A DNA stretch of 64,000 nucleotides from Mobula hypostoma (taxonomy: Eukaryota), in NCBI RefSeq assembly GCF_963921235.1, contig NC_086097.1, forward strand, positions 231,324,001 to 231,388,000, given 5' to 3'. The stretch's first letter is position 1. Every line of letters begins with the position of its first letter. This document shows positions 63,021-64,000 of the stretch, piece by piece. A program made the position numbers and the translations under genes. The notes below the pieces were generated by a model that had not been told where the DNA came from, made no database searches, and saw nothing but the letters and a program-made list of their open reading frames with translations.

Positions 63021-64000
63021 GAGAGAATGATATAAAGAGTCCTTAAAGTGAGATCATTGGTTGTAAGAACATTTCAATGATGGGGCAAGTGAGTGTAGTT
63101 ATCCCCTTCTATTCAAGGGGTTGAGGGGTAGTATCTGTTCTTGAAACTGGTGGTGCGAGTCCTGAGGCTCAAGGTATCAACTATTGACCAAATATACAAA
63201 AATGTCCCTATCATTGTATGGAAAATATAATTACTGATTAAAAATACAGAGAGTGTTTCCGAAAATTAACTAAGTTATAATGACCTAGGCACAAATTTAA
63301 TACTTCTAAAGATGCAAGTAAACTACAGATATACATTGTCAAAGCCCACACATGACTGGGGGTTCACAATTTATAGAACAAACCAATCTACCGTAAGTTA
63401 AATAAGAGTGTTACTTGACTGTCACCTTTTGCTTTGGCAGGCTAAGTATTTAGTCTGGCTAAATAAACTATCCGTGTGATTATGACATTAATGGAAAATA
63501 GACATCTTTCTTAACCTCTCTGAAAAGATTATTGGTCAAAAATTAAAATGAATATTGTGACTGCTGTTAACACAAAGGATTCTGCTCCAAGGTGTAGTAG
63601 AAACAAAAGCCAAGATAAATAAGATCACTCCAGTTTAAAATGATTTTGCCAAAGGCTGGATTCAAATTACTTTAGTTGACATAATGAACTGTTTTAACTG
63701 TTTTTTTTCAAAGTAAATACCATTATGCTCTCAATCAACTGTAGGATTATGAACTTTATTGACATTCAAAAGAAGAAGGAATTGTACCTTTGAATTGATT
63801 GTTTTTGTCAGTTCAATGCAGGGAATTAGTTACTTCAAAAGCACCTGAGAAACAAACACTTTGTGTCAAACTATGTACTGAATATGATATAAAATTCTAT
63901 TTTTATTTGTGAATACTAAAATAAATAATTATAATTAACTCTTTTGACCTATGATTAGGGTTGGAGTTAGTGAGTGTGAGACATGCTATGTTGGCACTGG

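Noticed and set aside
1..64000. Prokaryotic systems (CRISPR arrays, retrons, operons, rRNA/tRNA genes)
   Set aside because: No repeat-spacer arrays or operon-like gene density. All RT domains belong to eukaryotic retroelement clades, and the tRNA-like boxes occur only in SINE heads.

Overview
This is eukaryotic DNA made up almost entirely of transposable elements. The repeat repertoire (CR1, Rex1/Babar, RTE, L1/Tx1, Neptune-type Penelope, Tc1, Gypsy LTR elements, V-domain tRNA-SINEs with CR1 tails) suggests a cartilaginous fish, which is an inference. No intact host gene is recognisable. The elements are deeply nested, and many boundaries can be fixed by target-site duplications (TSDs). The most notable observations are: (1) a Mag-type Gypsy element (17380-32315, minus strand, TSD GTTCT) whose RT/RNaseH/integrase region is replaced by an intronless, disabled fragment of the splicing-factor gene RBM25, consistent with LTR-mediated capture of a host mRNA; (2) a near full-length Gypsy element (49524-54753) with no tRNA primer-binding site (PBS) but a perfect 15-nt complement to its own LTR at the PBS position, a self-priming candidate; (3) minimal hammerhead ribozyme motifs in several Penelope pseudo-LTRs (pLTRs); (4) an ORF1-only L1-like element with a 14-bp TSD; (5) an RTE with a twin-priming-type 5' inversion; (6) a five-level nested insertion; (7) an apparently perfect 329-bp inverted duplication. 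All alignments and family assignments were made by eye and from remembered motifs, without database searches.
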